DNA from: Escherichia phage PC3
Direction: 5' to 3' (one strand)
DNA length: 64,000 bases
Sequence record: ON184125
The position numbers and the translations under genes were made by a program. Below the pieces are notes generated by a model that worked only from the letters and a program-made list of their open reading frames with translations, searched no databases and had not been told where the DNA came from. Shown here in pieces: positions 10,493 to 19,445 of this stretch (position 1 is its first letter; each line of letters starts with the position of its first letter).

Positions 10493-10860
10493 ATATAGAA
10501 TTTACTGTTTGCATTACCCTAACCGATACTGCTGTTAAGGTTATTACTTGCCCAGAGATATTAAACATACCCAATTGAATACCTTCTACCATGAAAGGGT
10601 CTGTCGAACCAAGTTTGTAAGTGGCTAATACGTTATCTCTGTTGGCAATGTCTGTACCCTGTACCTTAACACTAGCATCTGAACCTACTACTGTGGTTCC
10701 ATTGGTTCGCCTTGTTTGCGTTCTCCATTCCCTGGCTGTACCAGCACCCCTGCAATAGTTCCTGAAGAATGCGGAGGTCTTGAATCCATGACCATAACCA
10801 CAGAAAGATAATCAAAGCCCCTTCGGGCTTATTTCTTTCTATTCCTCGGTTGGTTGTATA

Positions 10861-10868
10861 CTAAATAT
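10861..10868 (+). promoter_or_regulatory. Putative late promoter (CTAAATAT)
   Basis: ~35 nt upstream of the 1612-aa gene. Confidence 0.4.
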
Positions 10869-10901
10869 CTCTATAATGGCACCTATCGATGGAGCATCAA
10901 A

Positions 10902-13900
10902 ATGCAAGAAATGAACCTCAACCGCCGCCCATATTGGGATGACTGGAATCCAGAGAAGCGTTTTTCGCGCATCCTATTCCGTCCGGCACCTATCAAAGTT
11001 CAGACGCGTGAACTGAACCAGATGCAGACCATCTTCCAGGATCAACTGGAGAAACTTGGCAACCATCTGTTCAAAGACGGTTCAATGGTTATCCCCGGCG
11101 GCCTAACGATCACCAACACTGCTGTGTCCATGAAGTTCACTCTGGCTGGTGGTAGTGAGTTCACTGATCTGGAAGGTATCTCCGAACTCTATGTTCTGGG
11201 CAAGGACAACAATGCGAAAGCACGCGTCCTGTCCTTGGAACGTTATCCAGCTGAGCCAGATACAATGTATGCCATCTTAGAGATGACTGAAAGTGGTAGT
11301 TCAGACGGTTTCGAAGCTGGCGACAATCTATATTTCAACACCTATGACGTGAACGATAACTTCATCCGTGTCGGCTATGGTGTGGCCGATACTGTTGGTG
11401 GTTCGATTGTCGCTCGCATGACAAAGGGTGTTTATTTCGTTCGTGGTATGTTCCTGGATGTTGAACCAGCCACTCTGATCGTAGACAACGCATCGAACTC
11501 TACATCTCACCGCATTGGCTTCAAAGTTACAGAAACAATCGTGACCGAAGCAGAAGATGAAAGTCTGTTCTCCAATGCTCAGGGTACTCCGAACTCTAAA
11601 GCCCCTGGTGCGCATCGCCTGCGCGTCGACCTCGTGTTGTCTCGCTACGGTTATGATGAAGAAGTGGCCGACTTCGTCGAACTGGCGAAGGTGAAAGACG
11701 GTCGCATTCAGTCCATGGTCACCCAGTCAACGTACAACATCCTCGAAGACGCCATGGCTCAGCGTACCTATGAGACCAATGGTGACTACAACGTCTCTAC
11801 TCACCAGATCGACCTGCGTGAACATCTGAAACAGAACAACAACGGCGGCGTTTACACTCCGGCTGAAGGCGGTGATGAAAGCAAATTCGTGGCGGTTATG
11901 AAGCCAGGCATTTCCTACGTTCGTGGTCGTCGTATCGAAAACCTCGGCGAAGAGCTGGTCATAATTGACAAAGCCCGTGACACTGATATCCTGAACAACA
12001 ACCCTGTGGCTGTTTCGACTGGAAACTATCTGGTGTCCAAGAACTCCAAAGGGGTTCCGGTTGTCTCCCGCACAATCCGCTACAAGTTCCTGAACGCATC
12101 CAGCGATGTGCAGGCCACCGCCCTGTTGATTTCGGCAGAGCGCTCTGGTACTGAATTCCGTCTGTATATGCGCGACCTTGTTGTGACTGGGGACATGGGT
12201 ACGGTGACCAAAGTTGCATATGAAGAAAGCGGTACAACGATGTTCTCCTGCGAACTGGAGTCCAATCAGTTCAGTCAGAGTTCAGCAATTGACCTGATCT
12301 TCCCTCTGCCTGTATTTGGTGTGAAGACTCTAGCACCTACAGGCACCATCGACATCAACTACACCGTCCTGCGGTCAAACAAGATCACGTTGAACGCCGC
12401 TGGTGCAGGATCAATCTCTGCTCCTCTGGGTTACAGCTTCAGCCCTGAGTTTTCACTGTACTCCGCAGCGAAAGCAGACGGCACTGCAGCTCAGTTTGAT
12501 ATCTCTTCGGGACTGTCCCTGGCTGGTACTCCGGTTGGTTCAGCACTGCAGATTTCCCTGGGCGCGGGGTACGCCAACCAGTCTATCAACCTGTTGGCAT
12601 TGATGGTCCGCACCACAGCGACGATCAAGACCAAGACTGTTACTGAAGTCACCGAGACTGTGACGTTTACTGCGGCGGCCAGCGCACAACTTGGGAACCA
12701 TGATGGTTACAAGCTGATCAGTGTGAAGAACGCAAATGGCGCTGACGTCACTTCTAACTTCACTCTGGACGGCGGCCAGCGTGATGCTGCATACTACCTT
12801 TCTAACCTCATATCGTCCACAGGAGCCATTTCAGGGACGTTCACGGTGGTGTATCAGTATTTCGCTCACAGCTCTGGTGATTTCTTCACAGCGGACTCCT
12901 ATTCGTCCATCAACTACCCAGACATCCCGAACTATGTTTCATCCAGTTCTGGTACTGTGTATGGGTTGGCCGACAGTCTGGACTTCCGTCCCAAGATCAC
13001 CAGCGGAGCGTCTGACACGGACATGGTTCGCCCGAACACCGCGATCATCCTAGATGCAGAGTACTATCTACCTCGTATTGATGCTGTGTATCTGGCCGAC
13101 AACGGTGTGTTCAACGTTGCGCGTGGTGTGAGTTCCAACAACCTGGCTTCCCCTGCGATCCCAGACAACAGCATGCGCCTGTATGAATTGATGATCCCAC
13201 CATACACGGCCAACATTGACGACATCCAGATTCGTACTATCGACAACCGCCGCTACACGATGCGCGATATCGGTAAACTGGAGACCCGTATCTCCAATGT
13301 CGAATATTACACCTCACTGTCTCAGCTGGAATCCTCGGCGATGTCACAACAGGTGTTCGATCCAATTACTGGCAACCCGCGCTTCAAGAACGGTATCGCA
13401 GCAGACCCGTTCAAAGATTTCCGTCTGATCGACGATTTGTCTGCAGACTGGGTGGGTTCAATCGACACTGACAATGGTCGTCTGCGTCCGTTTGTTCAGC
13501 AGAACGCGATTGACCTGACGCCAGTCGGTTGGAACAACGTTCAGGATGGCATGGTTGTATGCAACTACACCCGTGAGATCTCTGTCCGACAGGACTATGC
13601 AACCACGACCATCAACGTGAACCCGTATGCGGTGTTCAACTGGGAAGGATTCCTGAAACTGAACCCAACTACTGATTACTGGTTTGAGAACTACTATGTT
13701 ACTCCACGTGTGATCAACGAAACGATCAACACCCGTGGTGCGATCAAAGAAGGTTCCGTGTATGGCACATGGCGTACTGTGTCCGTGTCTGAGCGTGTGT
13801 GGGAACCGCATGGTGCAGGTGGTGTATGGTGGGGCTATCGCTACCGCACGACTGTGTCTACCCGTGACGTCACCACGTACACGTACACCGACAAGACGAC

Positions 13901-15740
13901 CACTACCCTGACTGGCGAGCAGATCGTTGAAACGCAGGTAATCCCATACATGCGCAAAACGAACATCAACTTCGAAGCCACAGGTCTGCGTCCGTTCACT
14001 CGTGTGTATCCGTTCTTCTCTGGACGTGATGTGAGCGCGTACTGTACCCCAAACGGTGGTGTACTGGGCGGTGCGTTGAACACTGATGCCAACGGCAACA
14101 TCAAAGGTGTGTTTGCGGTTCCTCAGAACGAGACTATCAAGTTTAACACGGGTGACAACGTCTTCCGTCTGACTGACAGTCCTGTGGACAGTAAGTCTGC
14201 TGATGATACCCTGACCAATGCTGAGGCTGTTCATAAGTCCTTCGGCAAGAAACAGGGCATCCAGAAGACTTATGTCAACACCCGCGTCCTGGGATACACT
14301 GCAACCAAGTCTACGGAAAACAAAACAGAGACGGTTGAAGTCGCGAAGTGGAAAGATCCTATCGCCCAGTCCTTTATGGTTGCCACCAATATCGGCGGCG
14401 AATACATCGAAGGGATTGAAGTCTTCTTCTCTACCAAGTCCCGTGATATCCCGATCACTCTGGAAATCCGCGAGATGAGCAATGGTCTGCCAGCAACGAC
14501 TGTCGTCACTCGTAAGACTCTGAATCCATCAGAAGTTTCCACCTCCACAGACTCTTCTGTGCCGACGATGTTCAAGTTTGATTATCCTGTGTATCTGCAG
14601 GCGCAAACCGAGTTCGCGATTGTTCTCTTGGCCAACACTCAGGACTACAACGCATACATCGCAGAGATGGGTAAGAAGAACTTGCTGACCAACGAGTTCA
14701 TTGCCAAACAGCCGTACACTGGCGTGTTCTTCACATCTTCAAATGGTACGACCTGGACTCCAAACCAGACTGCCGATATGAAGTTCCGTGTATATCGCTG
14801 TAACTTCTCCGCTGGTTCAAACATCGTGACCTTCGATGCTAAAGTCGGTCCGAAGATCCGCCCTCTGGGTCTGAACACCGTGAAATGTGTCAACGGTTCT
14901 TCAACTGTTACTGTGTACGCTCCGGGGCATGGCCTGACTGCGGGCGAAAGTGTTACTCTGTCTGGGTTGACGGGTGGTTGCGGTTTCACTCCTGAGCAAC
15001 TGAACGCTCAACACACTGTGACTGATGCGACGTTCACGACGTTCAAATTCGTTCTGAGTTCCAACGCCGACTCCGACGGTCAGATTGGTGGTGAAGCGGC
15101 TTCTTTCCTAGGCAACTACTTGGTAGACATGTTCTACGCAAGCGTCACCAATTCAGCCCTAGAAGGATCTATGTTGAAACTGGAATACCGCTATCGCGAT
15201 GCGACCTCCAACTCATTCTCTGATTGGGTTGAGTTCGAATCCGATACGGACGTGTCTCTGCCGACGGAAGGTATCTATCGTCAGGTGGGCGACTTCCAGG
15301 TTCGTGCAACCATGACTCGCAACGAGAGTAATGTCTACACGGCTCCAATGATCGACGGTGATGATTTCACTATCATCTTCAACACCTACGGTGTGGATCC
15401 GTTTGAAGATGTGTTCAGCTATGTGACCAAGGATATCGGATTCGATAACCCTTGCACCACTCTGAAGCAATACTTCGGCGCGATGCTGCCTTCTCAGTCT
15501 TCAATGACTGTGCAAGTTAAACTGCTGCGCGCAGGCCAGGAGATGGATGATGTGGCATGGGAAACTGTGACACCGACATCCCCTCTGGTCAATGACGGTT
15601 CTACATTCTTCGAATATGAGTATGACAAGACTGTAGACAGCACCAATCCTTTCGTTGGCCTGAAGATCCGCCTGCTGGTCAGAGGCAACCGCACAGCACC
15701 GCCGTCATTCAAAGATTTCCGTTTGATTGCTCTGGCATAA
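10902..15740 (+). CDS. Large virion structural protein (1612 aa; putative tail fibre/baseplate-associated)
   Basis: Long ORF between the tailspikes and neck genes; CTAAATA motif at 10861 and GGAG 7 nt before the ATG; function inferred from position only. Confidence 0.5.
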   Translation: MQEMNLNRRPYWDDWNPEKRFSRILFRPAPIKVQTRELNQMQTIFQDQLEKLGNHLFKDGSMVIPGGLTITNTAVSMKFTLAGGSEFTDLEGISELYVLGKDNNAKARVLSLERYPAEPDTMYAILEMTESGSSDGFEAGDNLYFNTYDVNDNFIRVGYGVADTVGGSIVARMTKGVYFVRGMFLDVEPATLIVDNASNSTSHRIGFKVTETIVTEAEDESLFSNAQGTPNSKAPGAHRLRVDLVLSRYGYDEEVADFVELAKVKDGRIQSMVTQSTYNILEDAMAQRTYETNGDYNVSTHQIDLREHLKQNNNGGVYTPAEGGDESKFVAVMKPGISYVRGRRIENLGEELVIIDKARDTDILNNNPVAVSTGNYLVSKNSKGVPVVSRTIRYKFLNASSDVQATALLISAERSGTEFRLYMRDLVVTGDMGTVTKVAYEESGTTMFSCELESNQFSQSSAIDLIFPLPVFGVKTLAPTGTIDINYTVLRSNKITLNAAGAGSISAPLGYSFSPEFSLYSAAKADGTAAQFDISSGLSLAGTPVGSALQISLGAGYANQSINLLALMVRTTATIKTKTVTEVTETVTFTAAASAQLGNHDGYKLISVKNANGADVTSNFTLDGGQRDAAYYLSNLISSTGAISGTFTVVYQYFAHSSGDFFTADSYSSINYPDIPNYVSSSSGTVYGLADSLDFRPKITSGASDTDMVRPNTAIILDAEYYLPRIDAVYLADNGVFNVARGVSSNNLASPAIPDNSMRLYELMIPPYTANIDDIQIRTIDNRRYTMRDIGKLETRISNVEYYTSLSQLESSAMSQQVFDPITGNPRFKNGIAADPFKDFRLIDDLSADWVGSIDTDNGRLRPFVQQNAIDLTPVGWNNVQDGMVVCNYTREISVRQDYATTTINVNPYAVFNWEGFLKLNPTTDYWFENYYVTPRVINETINTRGAIKEGSVYGTWRTVSVSERVWEPHGAGGVWWGYRYRTTVSTRDVTTYTYTDKTTTTLTGEQIVETQVIPYMRKTNINFEATGLRPFTRVYPFFSGRDVSAYCTPNGGVLGGALNTDANGNIKGVFAVPQNETIKFNTGDNVFRLTDSPVDSKSADDTLTNAEAVHKSFGKKQGIQKTYVNTRVLGYTATKSTENKTETVEVAKWKDPIAQSFMVATNIGGEYIEGIEVFFSTKSRDIPITLEIREMSNGLPATTVVTRKTLNPSEVSTSTDSSVPTMFKFDYPVYLQAQTEFAIVLLANTQDYNAYIAEMGKKNLLTNEFIAKQPYTGVFFTSSNGTTWTPNQTADMKFRVYRCNFSAGSNIVTFDAKVGPKIRPLGLNTVKCVNGSSTVTVYAPGHGLTAGESVTLSGLTGGCGFTPEQLNAQHTVTDATFTTFKFVLSSNADSDGQIGGEAASFLGNYLVDMFYASVTNSALEGSMLKLEYRYRDATSNSFSDWVEFESDTDVSLPTEGIYRQVGDFQVRATMTRNESNVYTAPMIDGDDFTIIFNTYGVDPFEDVFSYVTKDIGFDNPCTTLKQYFGAMLPSQSSMTVQVKLLRAGQEMDDVAWETVTPTSPLVNDGSTFFEYEYDKTVDSTNPFVGLKIRLLVRGNRTAPPSFKDFRLIALA

Positions 15741-15789
15741 GTAGTATTAACAAGGCGGGGTTGCCCCGCCATTAACAGAGGATATTATC

Positions 15790-16038
15790 ATGCGTGGTGT
15801 AAAAGTACAAGGGCATGCATCGATGATGAGAAGCAGCTCTTGCCCTGGGGCTATCATCTGCACAGACAATGCTGCCGGTTTGGCAGCACTGAACGCTCGT
15901 CGAAATCAGGAAGAAAAGGACAAAACTATTGCAGCGCAGGCAGCGCAAATAGATCAACTGACAGCGATGGTACAACTCATGGCGGAACACCTCGGGATTG
16001 AACTCCCGTCAGGAGGCCAAGATGGCAACCCAAACTGA
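15790..16038 (+). CDS. Hypothetical protein (82 aa)
   Basis: ORF with gagga SD; overlaps next gene by 17 nt. Confidence 0.35.
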   Translation: MRGVKVQGHASMMRSSSCPGAIICTDNAAGLAALNARRNQEEKDKTIAAQAAQIDQLTAMVQLMAEHLGIELPSGGQDGNPN

Positions 16039-16360
16039 CACTGTGATCGATGTGAAAGCGATCCTCACCGGGGTGCTGACGGCGACGATAGTCTCTGTTG
16101 GCTCGGTTGTTTGGATGATGGGTAAATTTGAGAATCGCCTTGATGTGGTTGAGCGTGACTCCAACAAGGTCGACCTAATCCTCACCAAGGTGAACGATAT
16201 GAATGAGAAGATTGCTGTGTTAAACACAGACGTCAACTACGTCAAGCAGAACGTTGCTGAGTTGAAACTCAATAGCAACAGTCTATCCGACGACGTTCGC
16301 ACTTTACGTATCACCGTCGCTGATATCCAGAGCAACAAGGGGAATGGCAATGGCCGTTAA
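16022..16360 (+). CDS. Hypothetical membrane-anchored coiled-coil protein (112 aa)
   Basis: AGGAGG SD 5 nt upstream; hydrophobic segment ILTGVLTATIVSVGSVVWMM followed by heptad-like region. Confidence 0.45.
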   Translation: MATQTDTVIDVKAILTGVLTATIVSVGSVVWMMGKFENRLDVVERDSNKVDLILTKVNDMNEKIAVLNTDVNYVKQNVAELKLNSNSLSDDVRTLRITVADIQSNKGNGNGR

Positions 16361-17102
16361 TTCTATTGTTGATCGTAAAGGATTTATGAATTACATTCTC
16401 AAGAAATTGGGGGCACCTGTAATTCAGATCAACCTTGACCCAACGCAAGTTTCGGATGCTGTAGACGATGCTCTACAGAAGTTTTGGGAGTATCATCGTG
16501 ATGGCAGTCAGGACGCATTCTTTGTTCACCAGGTGACTGAAGAAACTATCACCAACGGTTACATCGAATTCCCCAAAGACATCGACGACGTGGTTGAAGT
16601 CATCGTTGGCCCTCCGATTGAATCGATCGGTAACTGGGCAACCCCTCAATGGCAGATGGCCCAAGCCATGTTGGTACCAAAGGCCGCCCTCGTTTCCATC
16701 CGCTTGGTCGACTATGTTTCAATGCAACAGCGTTTGTCTGACATCACCAGTGTGCTGAACGTGAAGCGCACCTTCGTTTACAAGAAATTCCAGCGCAAAC
16801 TCTACCCACAATTCGCCCTGATAAAGGACGAGGTGTTGGCGTTCAAATGCTTCCAGAACATCGACCCAGAGGTTGAGGGTAATGAAGAAGCATGGAATGA
16901 TATGTGGCTGAAGGCATATGCAACTGCGTTGGTTAAGCGCCGCTGGGCAGAAGTGCTCAAGAAGGCAAGAGGCATCCGTCTCCCTGGTGGTATCGAGCTG
17001 GATGGCGATAGTATGTTCAGTGAGGCTGAAGCGGAGATCGAGCGTTTAGAGGAAGAATTGCGTACTGGTCAGCAGTACCCTATCGACTTCTACATGGGAT
17101 AA
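16344..17102 (+). CDS. Neck protein (gp13-like)
   Basis: Assigned by synteny upstream of recognisable gp14/gp15; start may be the second ATG at 16350. Confidence 0.45.
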   Translation: MAMAVNSIVDRKGFMNYILKKLGAPVIQINLDPTQVSDAVDDALQKFWEYHRDGSQDAFFVHQVTEETITNGYIEFPKDIDDVVEVIVGPPIESIGNWATPQWQMAQAMLVPKAALVSIRLVDYVSMQQRLSDITSVLNVKRTFVYKKFQRKLYPQFALIKDEVLAFKCFQNIDPEVEGNEEAWNDMWLKAYATALVKRRWAEVLKKARGIRLPGGIELDGDSMFSEAEAEIERLEEELRTGQQYPIDFYMG

Positions 17103-17104
17103 GG

Positions 17105-17132
17105 AAAGGCGGGATTACCCGCCCTTCTTTTA
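17105..17132. terminator. Bidirectional terminator hairpin between gp13 and the minus-strand small gene
   Basis: ggcggg-atta-cccgcc with T-runs on both strands. Confidence 0.5.
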
Positions 17133-17342
17133 GATTTTCAAATCCAGGTTTCCGTCGCCACTACCACGCAGCAGACCGTCTTCTGTCTTGTCTTTGGAGT
17201 TCCACCACTCAATGAAGTCTGTGCCATCTACTTCTTTCACCAGACCGACGATGTCGTAATCACCACCTCCAATCTTGGCGTCCACACAGATGATTCGGAC
17301 GCGACGACCGCTGCGAACTTCTTTGATGTCTTCCACTTGCAT
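17130..17342 (-). CDS. Hypothetical protein (70 aa)
   Basis: Minus-strand ORF with gagga SD 7 nt upstream; shares a bidirectional hairpin with gp13. Confidence 0.4.
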   Translation of the reverse strand: MQVEDIKEVRSGRRVRIICVDAKIGGGDYDIVGLVKEVDGTDFIEWWNSKDKTEDGLLRGSGDGNLDLKI

Positions 17343-17371
17343 GAGCTATTCCTCAAAAGAATAAACTTCGA

Positions 17372-17378
17372 CTAAATA
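17372..17378 (+). promoter_or_regulatory. Putative late promoter (CTAAATA)
   Basis: 24 nt upstream of gp14. Confidence 0.45.
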
Positions 17379-17401
17379 CCTTCAAAATTGAGGGTATCGA
17401 T

Positions 17402-18052
17402 ATGGCCACTTCTAAATATTTCAACGCCACCAATCACCAAGGCACACAGAAGCTGATTGAAGATTTGGTACAGGAAATGATTGAGTTGCGCGGGATAGAC
17501 ATCAAGTATATACCCCGTTCCATCGTTGAAAAATTTCCTATCACCAACGATGCTAACCACAGATTCGATCAGGCGTTCGACATCGAAGCATACATGCAGG
17601 ATTATCAGGGCTTCAACACCCAGATGTGGGAGAAGTTTGGGGGTATCCAATTACAAGACGAAGTGACGTTCTCTATCTCGCGCCGCCGATTTGCCGAGGT
17701 GATAGGCAACGGTGTTGGGTTTGAACAACAACCTCAGGAAGGTGACCTGATCTATCTACCACTGGCGAACAAGATCTTCAAGGTCAACAACCCGAACAAC
17801 GATGAAGACTTCATGCAATTTGGTAAATGGTATACGTTCTCTCTGCCGTGCACGTTGTTCCAGTACGGCAACGAAAACTTCGATACGGGCGTTCCGGAGA
17901 TCGACGATATCGACAAACGTCTGTCCATCTTGGACGAAGAGAACGAACCGGACGTGTACAAGGATTCTTCTTTACAGACCGACAATGCTTTAGCAGATGT
18001 TCTTGAGAAGGGGCTTGCAACAGACAATATGAAGATCGACTTTGGAGAATAA
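17402..18052 (+). CDS. gp14: Neck protein gp14
   Basis: KFGGIQLQDEVTFSIS...PQEGDLIYLPLANKIFKV resembles T4 gp14 (KFGMQVQDEVTLSIN...PKEGDLIYFPMDNSLFEI); CTAAATA 24 nt upstream. Confidence 0.7.
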   Translation: MATSKYFNATNHQGTQKLIEDLVQEMIELRGIDIKYIPRSIVEKFPITNDANHRFDQAFDIEAYMQDYQGFNTQMWEKFGGIQLQDEVTFSISRRRFAEVIGNGVGFEQQPQEGDLIYLPLANKIFKVNNPNNDEDFMQFGKWYTFSLPCTLFQYGNENFDTGVPEIDDIDKRLSILDEENEPDVYKDSSLQTDNALADVLEKGLATDNMKIDFGE

Positions 18053-18054
18053 TC

Positions 18055-18750
18055 ATGGCCAGACCATTTGAAAATTACTTCTACCATGATTCATTGATGA
18101 AATACATCAATCTGTTTGCCACCATTATGTCAGATCTGAAGGTGAACACAGAGCGTGGTCTTATGGAAGTCCCATTACACATGGCCATCGGGAGACGCAA
18201 TGACCTCAACAGGAACGTGCCGTCCAACATGCTTCCATTTGCGACCTTCTCTTTTGGTCAGTTTGAGATCAACAAACAGGTGACGAAGACGTACCACAAT
18301 CGACAATCGACACCAACAGCAGGGGCGAAGCAGCGAATCCCCCTGATTATCGATTTTGAGTACAATATCCGAACCAAGAAATTGGTTGAGATGTTACAGG
18401 TGCTAGAGCAGGTTTATTCGGTATTCACTCCCTCTCTAGACTGTGGTATCAAGGACAACGATACACTACAGCAAGACCAGAAGATCAAGATCCAACTGAT
18501 CAGCCACCAGATGTCCGATAACTGGGAAGGGGATGCTTCTGATTCACCACACGTCGACTGCTCCTTCATGTTCCAGCTGAGCGGCTTCATCTACGGGTAT
18601 GACTATTGGGTGGACAACGAGGGAGGCGGGGATCCTAACGGGATCAAAGAGATAATTATCGAAATGTCTAATGATTTGAAAACACCGTGGACGGAACTGC
18701 CGGAGTGGTTCCGTGTTGATAAAGACGGTGTACATCATCCTGGAGATTGA
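18055..18750 (+). CDS. gp15: Tail sheath stabiliser/completion protein gp15
   Basis: N-terminus FENYFYHDSLMKYINLFATIMSDLKV parallels T4 gp15 (FYNSSFRRYATLMGDLFSNIQI); T4 synteny. Confidence 0.65.
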   Translation: MARPFENYFYHDSLMKYINLFATIMSDLKVNTERGLMEVPLHMAIGRRNDLNRNVPSNMLPFATFSFGQFEINKQVTKTYHNRQSTPTAGAKQRIPLIIDFEYNIRTKKLVEMLQVLEQVYSVFTPSLDCGIKDNDTLQQDQKIKIQLISHQMSDNWEGDASDSPHVDCSFMFQLSGFIYGYDYWVDNEGGGDPNGIKEIIIEMSNDLKTPWTELPEWFRVDKDGVHHPGD

Positions 18751-18752
18751 TT

Positions 18753-19445
18753 ATGAGTGCTATGTCAGAACGCCTATTATCCACCCTCAGTGCTATCCAA
18801 GCGCGGGATGAGGTCGCTCAAGAAGTCATGGAGAAGACCTCGCCTATGGCCGGAAAAGATTACGATCCGGATACAGGCGAGTGGTTGGGTGAAAAGCCTG
18901 CGGGGTATGAGCCTGTGGTGTTTCCTCCTTCATTGGACCCAGAAGAGCTGAAGCCCAAGGAGTCTAAGGTTCCAGACTTCGAAGATACTGATGCCACCAC
19001 CGACTACAAACGCATCCGTGACACGACTTATGCCATGCAGGAAGCCACGATGTTCATGATGGGACAGGCAGCCAAACTTGCGACGACGACTGAAGCACCC
19101 CGTGCCTTCACAGTCTTCAAAGAGTTGGGTGAACTCATGCGCGGCCTGAACAAAGACCTGATGGAGAACCAGAAAACTATCAAGGCGGTCACGGGCGACA
19201 GAGAGCCACCTCCTGGAGATGAAACAACCGTCGAGGTCACCACGTCCCCTGATGGCACAACCACGGTCAACGTCGGTAAACAGGCCAGGTCTTCCCGTGA
19301 TCTACTGAAGACCATCGAAGACGCCCGTAAACGTGCTGAAGAACGTGCTGCAGCGAAAGCTGCGTCCAAAGGACCTGATCCCGAAGAAGATGTAATCGAC
19401 GTTCAGGCAGAGCCGAATGGAGAAGGTGAAGACGATGGCGTATAA
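18753..19445 (+). CDS. gp16: Terminase small subunit gp16
   Basis: Lies immediately upstream of and overlapping gp17; central region resembles T4 gp16; acidic C-terminus. Confidence 0.6.
   Translation: MSAMSERLLSTLSAIQARDEVAQEVMEKTSPMAGKDYDPDTGEWLGEKPAGYEPVVFPPSLDPEELKPKESKVPDFEDTDATTDYKRIRDTTYAMQEATMFMMGQAAKLATTTEAPRAFTVFKELGELMRGLNKDLMENQKTIKAVTGDREPPPGDETTVEVTTSPDGTTTVNVGKQARSSRDLLKTIEDARKRAEERAAAKAASKGPDPEEDVIDVQAEPNGEGEDDGV

Noticed and set aside
13458-14234. 258-aa ORF on the minus strand inside the 1612-aa structural gene
   Set aside because: Entirely antisense to a long, well-supported + strand gene; typical shadow ORF.
19417-19434. First ATG of the terminase large-subunit ORF
   Set aside because: No SD; the second ATG at 19435 has aaggtga 6 nt upstream. 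Either could be real.
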